Of a stretch of DNA of 64,000 nt, positions 48,471 to 57,030 are shown in pieces. Positions within the stretch are counted from its first letter, which is position 1; every line of letters begins with the position of its first letter. Source of the stretch: an uncultured Bacteroidaceae bacterium (GTDB taxonomy: Bacteria; Bacteroidota; Bacteroidia; Bacteroidales; GCA-2748055); the NCBI GenBank assembly GCA_964479445.1, contig CAYZMH010000003.1, positions 49,858-113,857 of the forward strand. Direction: 5' to 3'. A program made the position numbers and the translations under genes. Under the pieces are notes generated by a model. It had not been told where the DNA came from. It ran no database searches and was given only the letters and a program-made list of their open reading frames with translations.

Positions 48471-48490
48471 TTAGGGAGCAGGTGGGGTCA

Positions 48491-48973
48491 ATGGCTCATA
48501 ACAGGGTAATCATGAAGGATATAGAACATATTTTACAACGTTTCCCACAGGTAAATCGCGATGTGCTTATTCCTGTACTCCAGGCGGTTCAGGATGAGTA
48601 TGGATACCTGTCGGAGGATTCAGTAAGAATGATTGGGGAACACCTGGGACTCCCCACCAGTAAGATATATGGATTGGCAACCTTTTACAACCAGTTTACC
48701 TTTTCGGCCAGGGGTAAATTTCACATTCAGGTTTGCGATGGTAGTTCGTGTCATTTAGAAAAAAACGGGGATTTGCTCAAAGAGTTGTTCAAGCAGCTGG
48801 GTATTCGAAACGGGCAAACCACCCGGGACGGAATGTTCAGCCTGGAGGTTTTAGCGTGTATCGGTGCATGCGGTCAGGCGCCGGTGATGGTAGTAAATGG
48901 GGACTATTATCCCAGGGTCACTCCACCGGGGATGAGGGAAATCCTGGAAGATTATAAAAATAGAACAGGTTGA
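48491..48973 (+). CDS. hydC: NuoE-like [2Fe-2S] subunit of a trimeric [FeFe]-hydrogenase (HydC)
   Basis: The cluster motif is VCDGSSCHL...CIGACGQAPVMVVNG. The start is ambiguous (GTG 48482, ATG 48491 or ATG 48512). Confidence 0.85.
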   Translation: MAHNRVIMKDIEHILQRFPQVNRDVLIPVLQAVQDEYGYLSEDSVRMIGEHLGLPTSKIYGLATFYNQFTFSARGKFHIQVCDGSSCHLEKNGDLLKELFKQLGIRNGQTTRDGMFSLEVLACIGACGQAPVMVVNGDYYPRVTPPGMREILEDYKNRTG

Positions 48974-48974
48974 T

Positions 48975-50924
48975 ATGGTAACAACCGAGGTCAGTGAGGG
49001 TGTCGTCTCGTCGATCCTGGAGATGGTTCAGAGGGACCGTTCGGAGTATGATGCAAGGTTGCAGGCAGTCAGGGCCTACTATATGCGTGAATATGTAGAG
49101 TTACCATTGATCATGGTAAGCAACGATACCGGGGGCAGGGTTGCCGGGGGTGATGCGGTGATGGATGCAGTAAACCGGTATTTATCTGACCGGGGGATGG
49201 ATGGCGAGCTACGTGCGACAGGTTCATTGGGATTGCTTACGGTTGAGCCGGTTTTGAGCATACAATTGCCGGGAAGAACCCGGTTGATGTTCGGACCGGT
49301 GGAGGAGGAGGATGTGGCTTTTATTCTGGATGACGTTTTTCACAACTCCGTACCCGATGATAAGGTGATTTGCCAGCTCAGGAGTCCTAAACTGGATGCC
49401 TGGATTGACGTGCCCTTCATGGATGAGACACCCTTTTTTGCCAGTCAGAAAAGACTGCTTCTCAGGGACTGCGGAATTATAGATCCATTATCCGTTGAAG
49501 CATATATTGCCGGTGATGGTTACAAGGCTTTTTTGAAGACCATCAGGCACTACACGTTTGAAGAGATCTGTCTGCTTGTGGAAGAGAGTGGATTGCGCGG
49601 AAGATCAGGGAGCGGATTTAAGACCGGTACGAAATGGAAAGTTGCCTATCATACCCCGGCAGATCAGAAATACCTGGTATGCAATGCAGAGGAGAGTGAT
49701 CCGGGCGCTTTTATGGACCGGGCGCTCATGGAAGGAAACCCGCATCAGCTGATCGAGGGGATGGCTATAGCCTCCTATGCTATAGGGGCAACCAAGGCGA
49801 TCATTTATATTCGTTCGGAGTACCATGAATCCATCAAAAAGTTAGAGAGAGCTATCTCGGCTGCGCGGGATTACGGATTGCTCGGTGATAATATTTTCAA
49901 TAGCGGATTTAACCTGGACATCGCCATAAGAAAAGGTCCGGGTGCCTTTGTTTGCGGGGAAGAAACAGCACTGATTGCCAGTCTGGAAGGCAAACGGGGC
50001 ATGCCCCAGTCAAAACCGCCTTTCCCTGCAGTACGCGGTTTTCATGGGAAGCCCACTGTGATTAACAATGTTGAGACTCTTTCCAATGTTCCTCATATTA
50101 TCAGAAAAGGTCCTGCCTGGTACAGGGAAACCGGTACACCGGAGTCTCCGGGTACCAAAATATTCGCCCTTTCGGGTAAAGTCAGGAAGGCCGGACTTAT
50201 AGAAGTACCTATGGGGACTTCCCTCAATAGCCTGGTTCTGGATATTGCCGGTGGACCCCGGGAAGGGTCTGATTTGAAGGCAATTCATATCGGGGGGCCA
50301 TCCGGCTGCTTACTGCCCGGGGATCAACTGGATATTCCGATCAGTTTTGAATCCCTGAAAGAGGCTGGTGTGGTAATGGGTGCCGGAGGGATCCTGGTGC
50401 TGGATCAGTGGGTATGCCTGGTGGATCTTGTCAAGTATTTCATGGATTTCATGCAGCATCAAAGTTGCGGGAAATGCATTCCCTGCCGTGAGGGCACAAA
50501 GCGGATGTCTGAAATACTGGATGGCATCAGTAAAAAGCCCCAGGATGAGGAAGGTCATACAACCCTGGAGCGATTCAAAGGGGTTATGCAACTTGGTAGT
50601 CTGGCAGAGGTGATGAAGGACACCTCTTTATGCGGATTGGGACAATCGGCAGCGAATCCTGTTCTGACTGCCCTCAAACACTTCAGGAAAGAGTTCGAGG
50701 AGCATATTTTTGACAGGAATTGCCCGGCCAATGTATGCACGGAACTTCGAACCTATTACATTGATGTTGATTTGTGTACGGGTTGTTCCCTGTGCGCGAA
50801 AAAATGTCCTGAAGATGCAATAATAGGTACAGAAAGGCATCCCTATTTTATTGTATCGGAGAAGTGTACGGGTTGTGGGATCTGTCATGAGGTATGTAAA
50901 TTCAACGCTGTTTATTACAAGTAG
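48975..50924 (+). CDS. hydB: NuoF-like flavoprotein subunit of a trimeric [FeFe]-hydrogenase (HydB)
   Basis: 649 aa. It has an FMN/NADH-binding core (GRSGSGFKTGTKW, NAEESDPGAF), an N3-type cluster (SCGKCIPCREG, SLCGLGQS), and two C-terminal CxxCxxCxxxCP motifs. Confidence 0.88.
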   Translation: MVTTEVSEGVVSSILEMVQRDRSEYDARLQAVRAYYMREYVELPLIMVSNDTGGRVAGGDAVMDAVNRYLSDRGMDGELRATGSLGLLTVEPVLSIQLPGRTRLMFGPVEEEDVAFILDDVFHNSVPDDKVICQLRSPKLDAWIDVPFMDETPFFASQKRLLLRDCGIIDPLSVEAYIAGDGYKAFLKTIRHYTFEEICLLVEESGLRGRSGSGFKTGTKWKVAYHTPADQKYLVCNAEESDPGAFMDRALMEGNPHQLIEGMAIASYAIGATKAIIYIRSEYHESIKKLERAISAARDYGLLGDNIFNSGFNLDIAIRKGPGAFVCGEETALIASLEGKRGMPQSKPPFPAVRGFHGKPTVINNVETLSNVPHIIRKGPAWYRETGTPESPGTKIFALSGKVRKAGLIEVPMGTSLNSLVLDIAGGPREGSDLKAIHIGGPSGCLLPGDQLDIPISFESLKEAGVVMGAGGILVLDQWVCLVDLVKYFMDFMQHQSCGKCIPCREGTKRMSEILDGISKKPQDEEGHTTLERFKGVMQLGSLAEVMKDTSLCGLGQSAANPVLTALKHFRKEFEEHIFDRNCPANVCTELRTYYIDVDLCTGCSLCAKKCPEDAIIGTERHPYFIVSEKCTGCGICHEVCKFNAVYYK

Positions 50925-50939
50925 TTTAATTGAAGGGAA

Positions 50940-52664
50940 ATGGTCATACAGATTGAAGTAAATAACAAAACCATACAGGCTCAAAAAGGGGAGACAATCC
51001 TTTCTGCCCTGAGCCGCAATGGAATACAGGTTCCTACCATCTGCAGCATGAAAGAATTGACACCCAGCGGTGCTTGCCGTATGTGTGTAGTTGAGGTGGA
51101 GGGGAATGAGCACCTGGTACCGGCCTGTTCCTATCCGGTAGAAGAGTGGATGAAGATCAAAACCCATTCACCGAGGGTTCTCAGGGCGCGAAAGACAAAT
51201 GTCGAGCTATTGTTATCTGACCACCCTGATGACTGTCTTTATTGTGAACGGAACGGGAATTGCGAATTACAGAAGCTGGCCGAGGATCTGCATGTGCGGG
51301 AGAGGCGTATTCCTGGGAGGAAGAGCAGCTACAAGATCGATAAATCCAGTCCGGGAATCATCCGGGATCCTGCCAAATGTATACTATGCGGACGATGTGT
51401 GAGGATTTGCGAAGAGATTGTAGGTGTTGCCACCCTGGATTTTGTCAGGCGTGGCAGTGATTTGCAGATCGCTACTACCATGTCCAAGCCGTTAAATTTT
51501 TCCAATTGCATTCAATGCGGACAATGTGTTATCACCTGTCCTACAGGAGCACTTACCGAACATATGCAATTCCCGGAGCTGGAGGCATCCCTTCATCATC
51601 CCGAAAAAATTGTTGTCGCCCAGTATACGCCTGCTGTAGCAGCCTCACTTGCAGAGGAGTTTAATCTCAAAAAGGGTTTGGACGTGAAGGGGTTGATCAA
51701 TTCAGCCCTTCGAAAATCGGGATTTAATTATGTATTTGACGGATCATTCGGAGGTGAAGTCACCATTATGGAGCAGGCAGAGGCCTTTAAAGAACGGGTA
51801 AAGAAAGGAGGTCTTCTTCCCATGCTATCTTCTACCTGTCCGGGCTGGATCACCTATGTTGAGCAGTATCGTCCTGAATTGATCCCCCACCTGTCGGAGG
51901 TACGTTCTCCCCAGCAAATTATGGGAGGGCTTATCAAGACCTGGTTTGCCCGGCTGAACCACCTGGATCCCTCGCAGATCTTTTCGGTAGTGATCACCTC
52001 CTGCACAGCGGCAAAACAGGAGTCTCAGCGTGTCGAATTGTCGCGGAAAGGAGTCAATGATATTGATGCCGTACTAACCACTCGTGAACTGGCACGTCTG
52101 ATCCGACTTAACGGGATTGACATGGAACATCTTGATCCTGAGACTTCAGATGGACCCTTCCATGCACAAAGTTCTGCAGGTAAAATGTTTGCGGTTGCAG
52201 GAGGTGAGGCAGAGGTATTCGCAAGGACGGTATTTAAAAAATTCAACAGGAAGGAGATGCCGGTTTTACGTCTTAATAAATTCCGCGGCGCCAAAGATCT
52301 TAAAGAGACACAGATTCAGACATCCGGTGGTGATATTCACCTGGTGGCTGTAAACGGACTAAAGAATGCACTCAGGCTGCTGGACGAGGTAAAGGCCGGC
52401 AAAAAGCAGGTTGATTTTATAGAGGTAATGGCTTGTCCGGAAGGATGCATCAACGGAGGCGGACAACCTATCCCGGCAGGAGAAACAATTTTAAAAAACC
52501 GTATGCGCACTATATATGACATTGATAACAAAGAGACGATCAAAGTTGCTCACCGAAGTAGTGCCATTCAAAGACTTTATGAAGAGTATCTGACAGCGCC
52601 CCTGAGTAAGGAGAGTTGCAGGCTTTTGCATGCCCGGTATAGCGAAAAAGAGGCATTATTGTGA
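50940..52664 (+). CDS. hydA: [FeFe]-hydrogenase large subunit, M3 architecture (HydA/HndD-like), with non-canonical active-site environment
   Basis: 574 aa. It has an N-terminal [2Fe-2S] domain, a His-ligated cluster region, 2x[4Fe-4S], and an H-domain with L3 EVMACPEGCINGGGQP intact. L1 is SSTCPGW (canonical TSCCPxW) and L2 is TSCTAAKQE (canonical MPCxxKxxE). Confidence 0.85.
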   Translation: MVIQIEVNNKTIQAQKGETILSALSRNGIQVPTICSMKELTPSGACRMCVVEVEGNEHLVPACSYPVEEWMKIKTHSPRVLRARKTNVELLLSDHPDDCLYCERNGNCELQKLAEDLHVRERRIPGRKSSYKIDKSSPGIIRDPAKCILCGRCVRICEEIVGVATLDFVRRGSDLQIATTMSKPLNFSNCIQCGQCVITCPTGALTEHMQFPELEASLHHPEKIVVAQYTPAVAASLAEEFNLKKGLDVKGLINSALRKSGFNYVFDGSFGGEVTIMEQAEAFKERVKKGGLLPMLSSTCPGWITYVEQYRPELIPHLSEVRSPQQIMGGLIKTWFARLNHLDPSQIFSVVITSCTAAKQESQRVELSRKGVNDIDAVLTTRELARLIRLNGIDMEHLDPETSDGPFHAQSSAGKMFAVAGGEAEVFARTVFKKFNRKEMPVLRLNKFRGAKDLKETQIQTSGGDIHLVAVNGLKNALRLLDEVKAGKKQVDFIEVMACPEGCINGGGQPIPAGETILKNRMRTIYDIDNKETIKVAHRSSAIQRLYEEYLTAPLSKESCRLLHARYSEKEALL

Positions 52665-54658
52665 TGAAACAGGGAGAAGAACGGAAGCTGGTATATTCCA
52701 TAAAGGATCGCTGCAGGGTCTGTTATACCTGTGTCAGGGAATGCCCGGTAAAGGCAATCCAGATTAAAGATGGACAGGCTATTGTCATCCAGGAGCGGTG
52801 TATTGCCTGTGGAAATTGTACAAGGGTTTGTCGCCAGGGAGCCAAAGCTTATATGGAATCTGTCGATGAGGTCAATCTTTTACTGGAGTCTAATGCCCGG
52901 GTGATTGCCCTGGTAGCTCCCAGCTTCATCGCTGAATTCGAGGAGTTAACGGATCCACGGGTATTTGTGGGAATGGTAAGGGCCCTGGGATTTGATGAGG
53001 TATATGAAGTGGCATTTGGTGCGGACATGGTGGCCCGGGAATATGAAAAGCTCTATAAGGAGCGGCCAAAAAGGGGATATATCTCTTCTGATTGTCCTGC
53101 CATTGTATCCTATGTGGAAAAATACTACCCCAAGCTGATTGGTGATCTTTCACCCATTGTGTCACCTATGGTAGCTACCGCGCGTTTTCTGAGACACAGG
53201 TATGGCAATGAATTCAGGCTTGTTTTTATTGGTCCCTGCATTGCAAAAAAAGAGGAATCGAACGAGGTCGATGCGGTGATCACCTTTGCTGAATTAAGGA
53301 ACATGTTGCGGATACAACGTATTCGTCCGACCAATACCACCCAGGGGGAGTTCAATGCTCCCAGGGGGATGAAAGGAACAGCTTTCCCTATAAGCAGGGG
53401 CATGCTCCAAACCCTGAATATGGATGGTGATCAGCTGGAACGGGAGGTGATTGTGGCAGAGGGACGGATTAATTTCCAGGATGCAATCAAAGAGTACCGG
53501 AGTCATGATATTGAAAACATGCACCTGGAATTGCTCTGCTGTGAAGGCTGCACCATGGGACCGGGAACCACTCGTGACGGTAAAAAATTTGTTCGGAGGG
53601 CATCCGTTATCCGCTATCTGAATAATAAGTTGAACAGCGAAGACCATGAATTCTGGCAGGAATCAATGGATGAGGCCAAAGCGATTAATTTGCGGCAGTC
53701 ATTCAAGATGGATGACCAACGGAAGAAGGATCCTTCGAACAACGAGATTCGTAAAGTTCTTCAATCAATGGGGAAATATACGCCACAGGATCATCTTGAC
53801 TGCGGTGCCTGTGGATATGATACATGCCGCAATCACGCGATTGCCATCATCAAGGGATTGGCGGAGATAGAGATGTGTCTGCCTTACTCTATCGACAAAC
53901 TGCACAACACGGTCAATAAACTGGCTGTTTCCAACGATAAATTATTATCGGTTCAGCAGGCGTTGAAACAGACCGAGAAACTGGCTCACATGGGACAGCT
54001 TTCGGCCGGTATTGCACACGAGCTTAACAATCCGCTGGGAGTTGTGATTATGTATTCCAATATATTACTGGATGAGGTTGAGGGGGAATCACCCCTGAAA
54101 GAAGATTTGGATCTGATCGTAAAACAGGCCGAGCGATGTAAGAATATTGTGGGCGGATTGCTTAATTTTGCAAGGAAGAATCAGGTACGCCACCAGGAGA
54201 TTGATTTAAAAAAGATGCTGGAATTAAGTATCTCTTCGATCATCGTTCCCGGGGGGATCCACCTGGAGATAGATGATCGGCTCAACAATAGCTGGGCAGA
54301 ACTGGACCAGGAACAGATGATCCAGGTGATATCCAACCTGGTTAAGAATGCTGTTGAGGCGATGGAACAGGGAGACATCCGGGTAATTGCCGAGGATACC
54401 GATGACCAGGTTACCATTACGGTGAGTGATACCGGTAAAGGGATCAATGAGGAGGAGTTGGATAAGATATTTGAACCTTTTTATACCACCAAAGGCATTG
54501 GAATGGGGACAGGACTCGGACTGGCGACTGCTTACGGGATAGTGAAAATGCACAAGGGACAAATCGAAGTTCAGTCCAATGCCGATCCCCTGAAAGGCGA
54601 TACAGGAACTTCATTTATTATACAGGTGCCAAGGCACCCCAAAATATCTAATGTGTGA
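52664..54658 (+). CDS. [FeFe]-hydrogenase-like sensor fused to a histidine kinase (HydS-type H-domain, 4-Cys Fe-S domain, HisKA, HATPase_c)
   Basis: It has two N-terminal 4Fe-4S motifs. The H-domain carries SSDCP, GPCIAKKEE and ELLCCEGCTMGPG. The CGACGYDTCRNHAIAIIKGLAEIEMC domain follows, then the H-box IAHELNNPLG and N/G boxes (NLVKNAVEAM, DTGKGI, GTGLGLA). The ATG at 52664 overlaps the hydA stop. Confidence 0.85.
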   Translation: MKQGEERKLVYSIKDRCRVCYTCVRECPVKAIQIKDGQAIVIQERCIACGNCTRVCRQGAKAYMESVDEVNLLLESNARVIALVAPSFIAEFEELTDPRVFVGMVRALGFDEVYEVAFGADMVAREYEKLYKERPKRGYISSDCPAIVSYVEKYYPKLIGDLSPIVSPMVATARFLRHRYGNEFRLVFIGPCIAKKEESNEVDAVITFAELRNMLRIQRIRPTNTTQGEFNAPRGMKGTAFPISRGMLQTLNMDGDQLEREVIVAEGRINFQDAIKEYRSHDIENMHLELLCCEGCTMGPGTTRDGKKFVRRASVIRYLNNKLNSEDHEFWQESMDEAKAINLRQSFKMDDQRKKDPSNNEIRKVLQSMGKYTPQDHLDCGACGYDTCRNHAIAIIKGLAEIEMCLPYSIDKLHNTVNKLAVSNDKLLSVQQALKQTEKLAHMGQLSAGIAHELNNPLGVVIMYSNILLDEVEGESPLKEDLDLIVKQAERCKNIVGGLLNFARKNQVRHQEIDLKKMLELSISSIIVPGGIHLEIDDRLNNSWAELDQEQMIQVISNLVKNAVEAMEQGDIRVIAEDTDDQVTITVSDTGKGINEEELDKIFEPFYTTKGIGMGTGLGLATAYGIVKMHKGQIEVQSNADPLKGDTGTSFIIQVPRHPKISNV

Positions 54659-54663
54659 GCCCT

Positions 54664-55056
54664 ATGGTACAACAAAAAAAGCGAATTCTCCTCGCAGATG
54701 ATGATGTTGATTACCTGTTTCAATTGAAATTGCACCTGGAGGGGTGGGGATATGATGTGATCTCTGCAGAGAGTCAGCAAGAAGCGGAGCAAATTCTGGA
54801 ATCCCTCAAACCCGATCTGGCCATTTTCGATCTGATGATGGAGAACGAGGATAGCGGGTTTATTTTAGCGCACAGGCTTAAAACAAAGTATCCCGACACC
54901 CCGCTTGTTATCTCCACGGCAGTTACTGCGGAAACAGGTTTGAATTTCGGCATCAACAGCGAAGAGGATCGCAGCTGGATCAAAGCAGATCTTTACCTGG
55001 AAAAGGGAGTTCGACCCGAGCAACTGAAGTTGGAAATTGAAAAGCTGATCGATTAG
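54664..55056 (+). CDS. single-domain response regulator (REC only)
   Basis: It has ILLADDD...LAIFDLMMEN and no output domain. The ATG at 54664 is preferred over the GTG at 54655. Confidence 0.8.
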   Translation: MVQQKKRILLADDDVDYLFQLKLHLEGWGYDVISAESQQEAEQILESLKPDLAIFDLMMENEDSGFILAHRLKTKYPDTPLVISTAVTAETGLNFGINSEEDRSWIKADLYLEKGVRPEQLKLEIEKLID

Positions 55057-55058
55057 CT

Positions 55059-56186
55059 ATGGAGACATTGAAGCTCATGGTGGTGGATGATGAACCGGGT
55101 ATTCGTTCGGGTGTAATACGAATCCTGCGGAATCACCGGGTAAGTTATCCCTTTATGGATGAAGATTTCAACTTCGATTGCAGCGAGGCTTCTACCGGGG
55201 AAGAGGCCCTGGAGATGGTCAACAGGGATACACCGGATATTGTGCTGCTCGATAACAAGTTGCCCGGCATAAAGGGAATGGAGGTTCTGGAGATCATCCG
55301 GCAGAAGAAGCTTGATACCGTTGTTGCCATGATCACCTCCTATGCCTCCCTGGAGATCGCAGTGAAGGCAACCAATGACGGAGCGTATGATTTTATCCCG
55401 AAGCCTTTTACTCCCCAGGAGTTAAAGTCGTCCATGGACAACATTGTAAAGCAACTCTACCTCAAACGGATCACCCGGGAAATGAACAAGGAGGGCAAGC
55501 GGATCCGGTACCAGTTTCTTTCGGTGCTCAGCCATGAGCTGAAAGCGCCATTAAATGCCGTGGAGGGGTACCTGCAGGTTATGCAGGAACGGAAGATGGG
55601 GGAGGAACTCACTTCGTATGACCAGGTGATTGATCGCTGCCTTCAGAGAATTGGAGGGATGCGGGGATTGATCATGGACCTGCTGGATTTCACTAAAATC
55701 AGGTTGGAGAAAAAGGATGAAAAAGTGGAGCGTGTGGAGCTCAATGAGCGCATCAGTATGGCGATCTCAACGGTCAACCCCATGGCCATACAACGCAATA
55801 TATCCTTTGAAGTGGAAGCCCCGGTCCCGGTCATAGTGGAGGCAGATCCTTCAGATATTGATATTATCCTGAATAATTTGATATCCAATGCAGTAAAATA
55901 CAATACGGAGGGTGGAAAGGTAACGATCCGCCTGGAGCAGCAGGATAGCGTGGCAAAAATAGTGATCATGGATACAGGAATTGGAATGAATCCGGAAGAG
56001 GTATCCCAACTGTTCAAGGAGTTTGTCAGGATAAAAAACGTCAAGACCAAAGACATCACAGGTTCCGGGTTGGGACTTGCCATTGTCCGTAAACTGATCG
56101 AGCTTTACAAGGGACACATTGACGTGGAGAGTCTACCCGACAGGGGTAGTACGTTCACAGTGACCCTTCCCCTGGGTTACCTTTAG
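55059..56186 (+). CDS. hybrid REC-histidine kinase (N-terminal receiver, HisKA, HATPase_c)
   Basis: 375 aa. It has MVVDDEPGIRSG...IVLLDNKLPG, the H-box LSHELKAPLNAV, and DTGIGM...GSGLGLAIV. Confidence 0.85.
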   Translation: METLKLMVVDDEPGIRSGVIRILRNHRVSYPFMDEDFNFDCSEASTGEEALEMVNRDTPDIVLLDNKLPGIKGMEVLEIIRQKKLDTVVAMITSYASLEIAVKATNDGAYDFIPKPFTPQELKSSMDNIVKQLYLKRITREMNKEGKRIRYQFLSVLSHELKAPLNAVEGYLQVMQERKMGEELTSYDQVIDRCLQRIGGMRGLIMDLLDFTKIRLEKKDEKVERVELNERISMAISTVNPMAIQRNISFEVEAPVPVIVEADPSDIDIILNNLISNAVKYNTEGGKVTIRLEQQDSVAKIVIMDTGIGMNPEEVSQLFKEFVRIKNVKTKDITGSGLGLAIVRKLIELYKGHIDVESLPDRGSTFTVTLPLGYL

Positions 56187-56309
56187 GGAGATATCCACAG
56201 TGTACGGTTCCGGCTACAGCCGAACCGGGTATGGTACAGCTTGTTGGTTGGCGTGTTGAGGGGAGCATTGAACGAAAAATTTTGTTTTTTTCTCGTGATA
56301 TGAATAATA

Positions 56310-56327
56310 TTGTTTGTTAAATAACAA
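56310..56327 (+). promoter_or_regulatory. candidate Rex autoregulatory operator (TTGTTTGTTAAATAACAA)
   Basis: The half-sites TTGTTTG / ATAACAA resemble the hydC-upstream site. The core is the perfect palindrome TTTGTTA-AA-TAACAAA, ~45 nt upstream of rex. Confidence 0.35.
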
Positions 56328-56370
56328 AGATGTGAAGGGGAGAATTTGTACTATTGTCTCGTGAAAATGA

Positions 56371-57024
56371 ATGTTAAAAATGAAACTACCTGAACGAACG
56401 GTGGAGCGCCTGAGTGCTTACAGGCGCACGTTGCTGAATTGTTTATCCAACGGAAAGACTCATATCTATTCCCATGAACTTGCCCAGTTGCATCATAACA
56501 CGGCGGTGCAGGTGCGAAGGGACATTATGTTTATCGGGTATAGCAGTATGCAGCGAAAGGGGTATGATGTGCGTGAACTCATTGATGTAATTGGAGGCAT
56601 TCTTGATTCGGAGGAGGTTCTGAATGTGGCGGTAGTGGGTATAGGTAACCTGGGTCGTGCCATTACGGCATACTTTATGGGTAAGCGTTCGAAGCTTAAT
56701 ATTACCGCTGCATTTGATGTGGATCCAAATAAGATAGACCGGGTTGTTGCCGGGGTGAAGTGTTATTCGGTCAATCGCTTAAAAGAGATCATCCGGGAGA
56801 AAAATATTTCCATTGCTATAGTAACGGTCCCGTCGGATCAGGCGCATGTGGTTGCAGAGGAGCTGGTGGTTGCAGGTATACGGGGTATACTTAATTTCAC
56901 GACCATACCGTTGAATGTATCGCCGGATGTATACCTGGATGAGTATGATATGATAACCTCCCTGGAGAAGGTCGCTTATTTTGTCAAGAAACAGGAGGAT
57001 CAGCCTGTACAGCAAAATTCCTGA
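56371..57024 (+). CDS. rex: redox-sensing transcriptional repressor Rex
   Basis: 217 aa. It has an N-terminal wHTH (ERLSAYRRTL) and a Rossmann NADH site VAVVGIGNLGRAI. Confidence 0.88.
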   Translation: MLKMKLPERTVERLSAYRRTLLNCLSNGKTHIYSHELAQLHHNTAVQVRRDIMFIGYSSMQRKGYDVRELIDVIGGILDSEEVLNVAVVGIGNLGRAITAYFMGKRSKLNITAAFDVDPNKIDRVVAGVKCYSVNRLKEIIREKNISIAIVTVPSDQAHVVAEELVVAGIRGILNFTTIPLNVSPDVYLDEYDMITSLEKVAYFVKKQEDQPVQQNS

Positions 57025-57030
57025 TTTCCC

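Noticed and set aside
48321-48509. 62 aa ORF in the divergent hydrogenase promoter region
   Set aside because: It is an AT-rich intergenic sequence containing promoter and operator-like elements. The ORF runs into hydC in a different frame and has no coding features.
56207-56229. Bulged hairpin CGGTTCCGGCT-ACA-GCCGAACCG after the REC-HK gene, considered as a terminator
   Set aside because: No adjacent U-tract; a T-run occurs only ~70 nt further on. This is insufficient for a confident terminator call.
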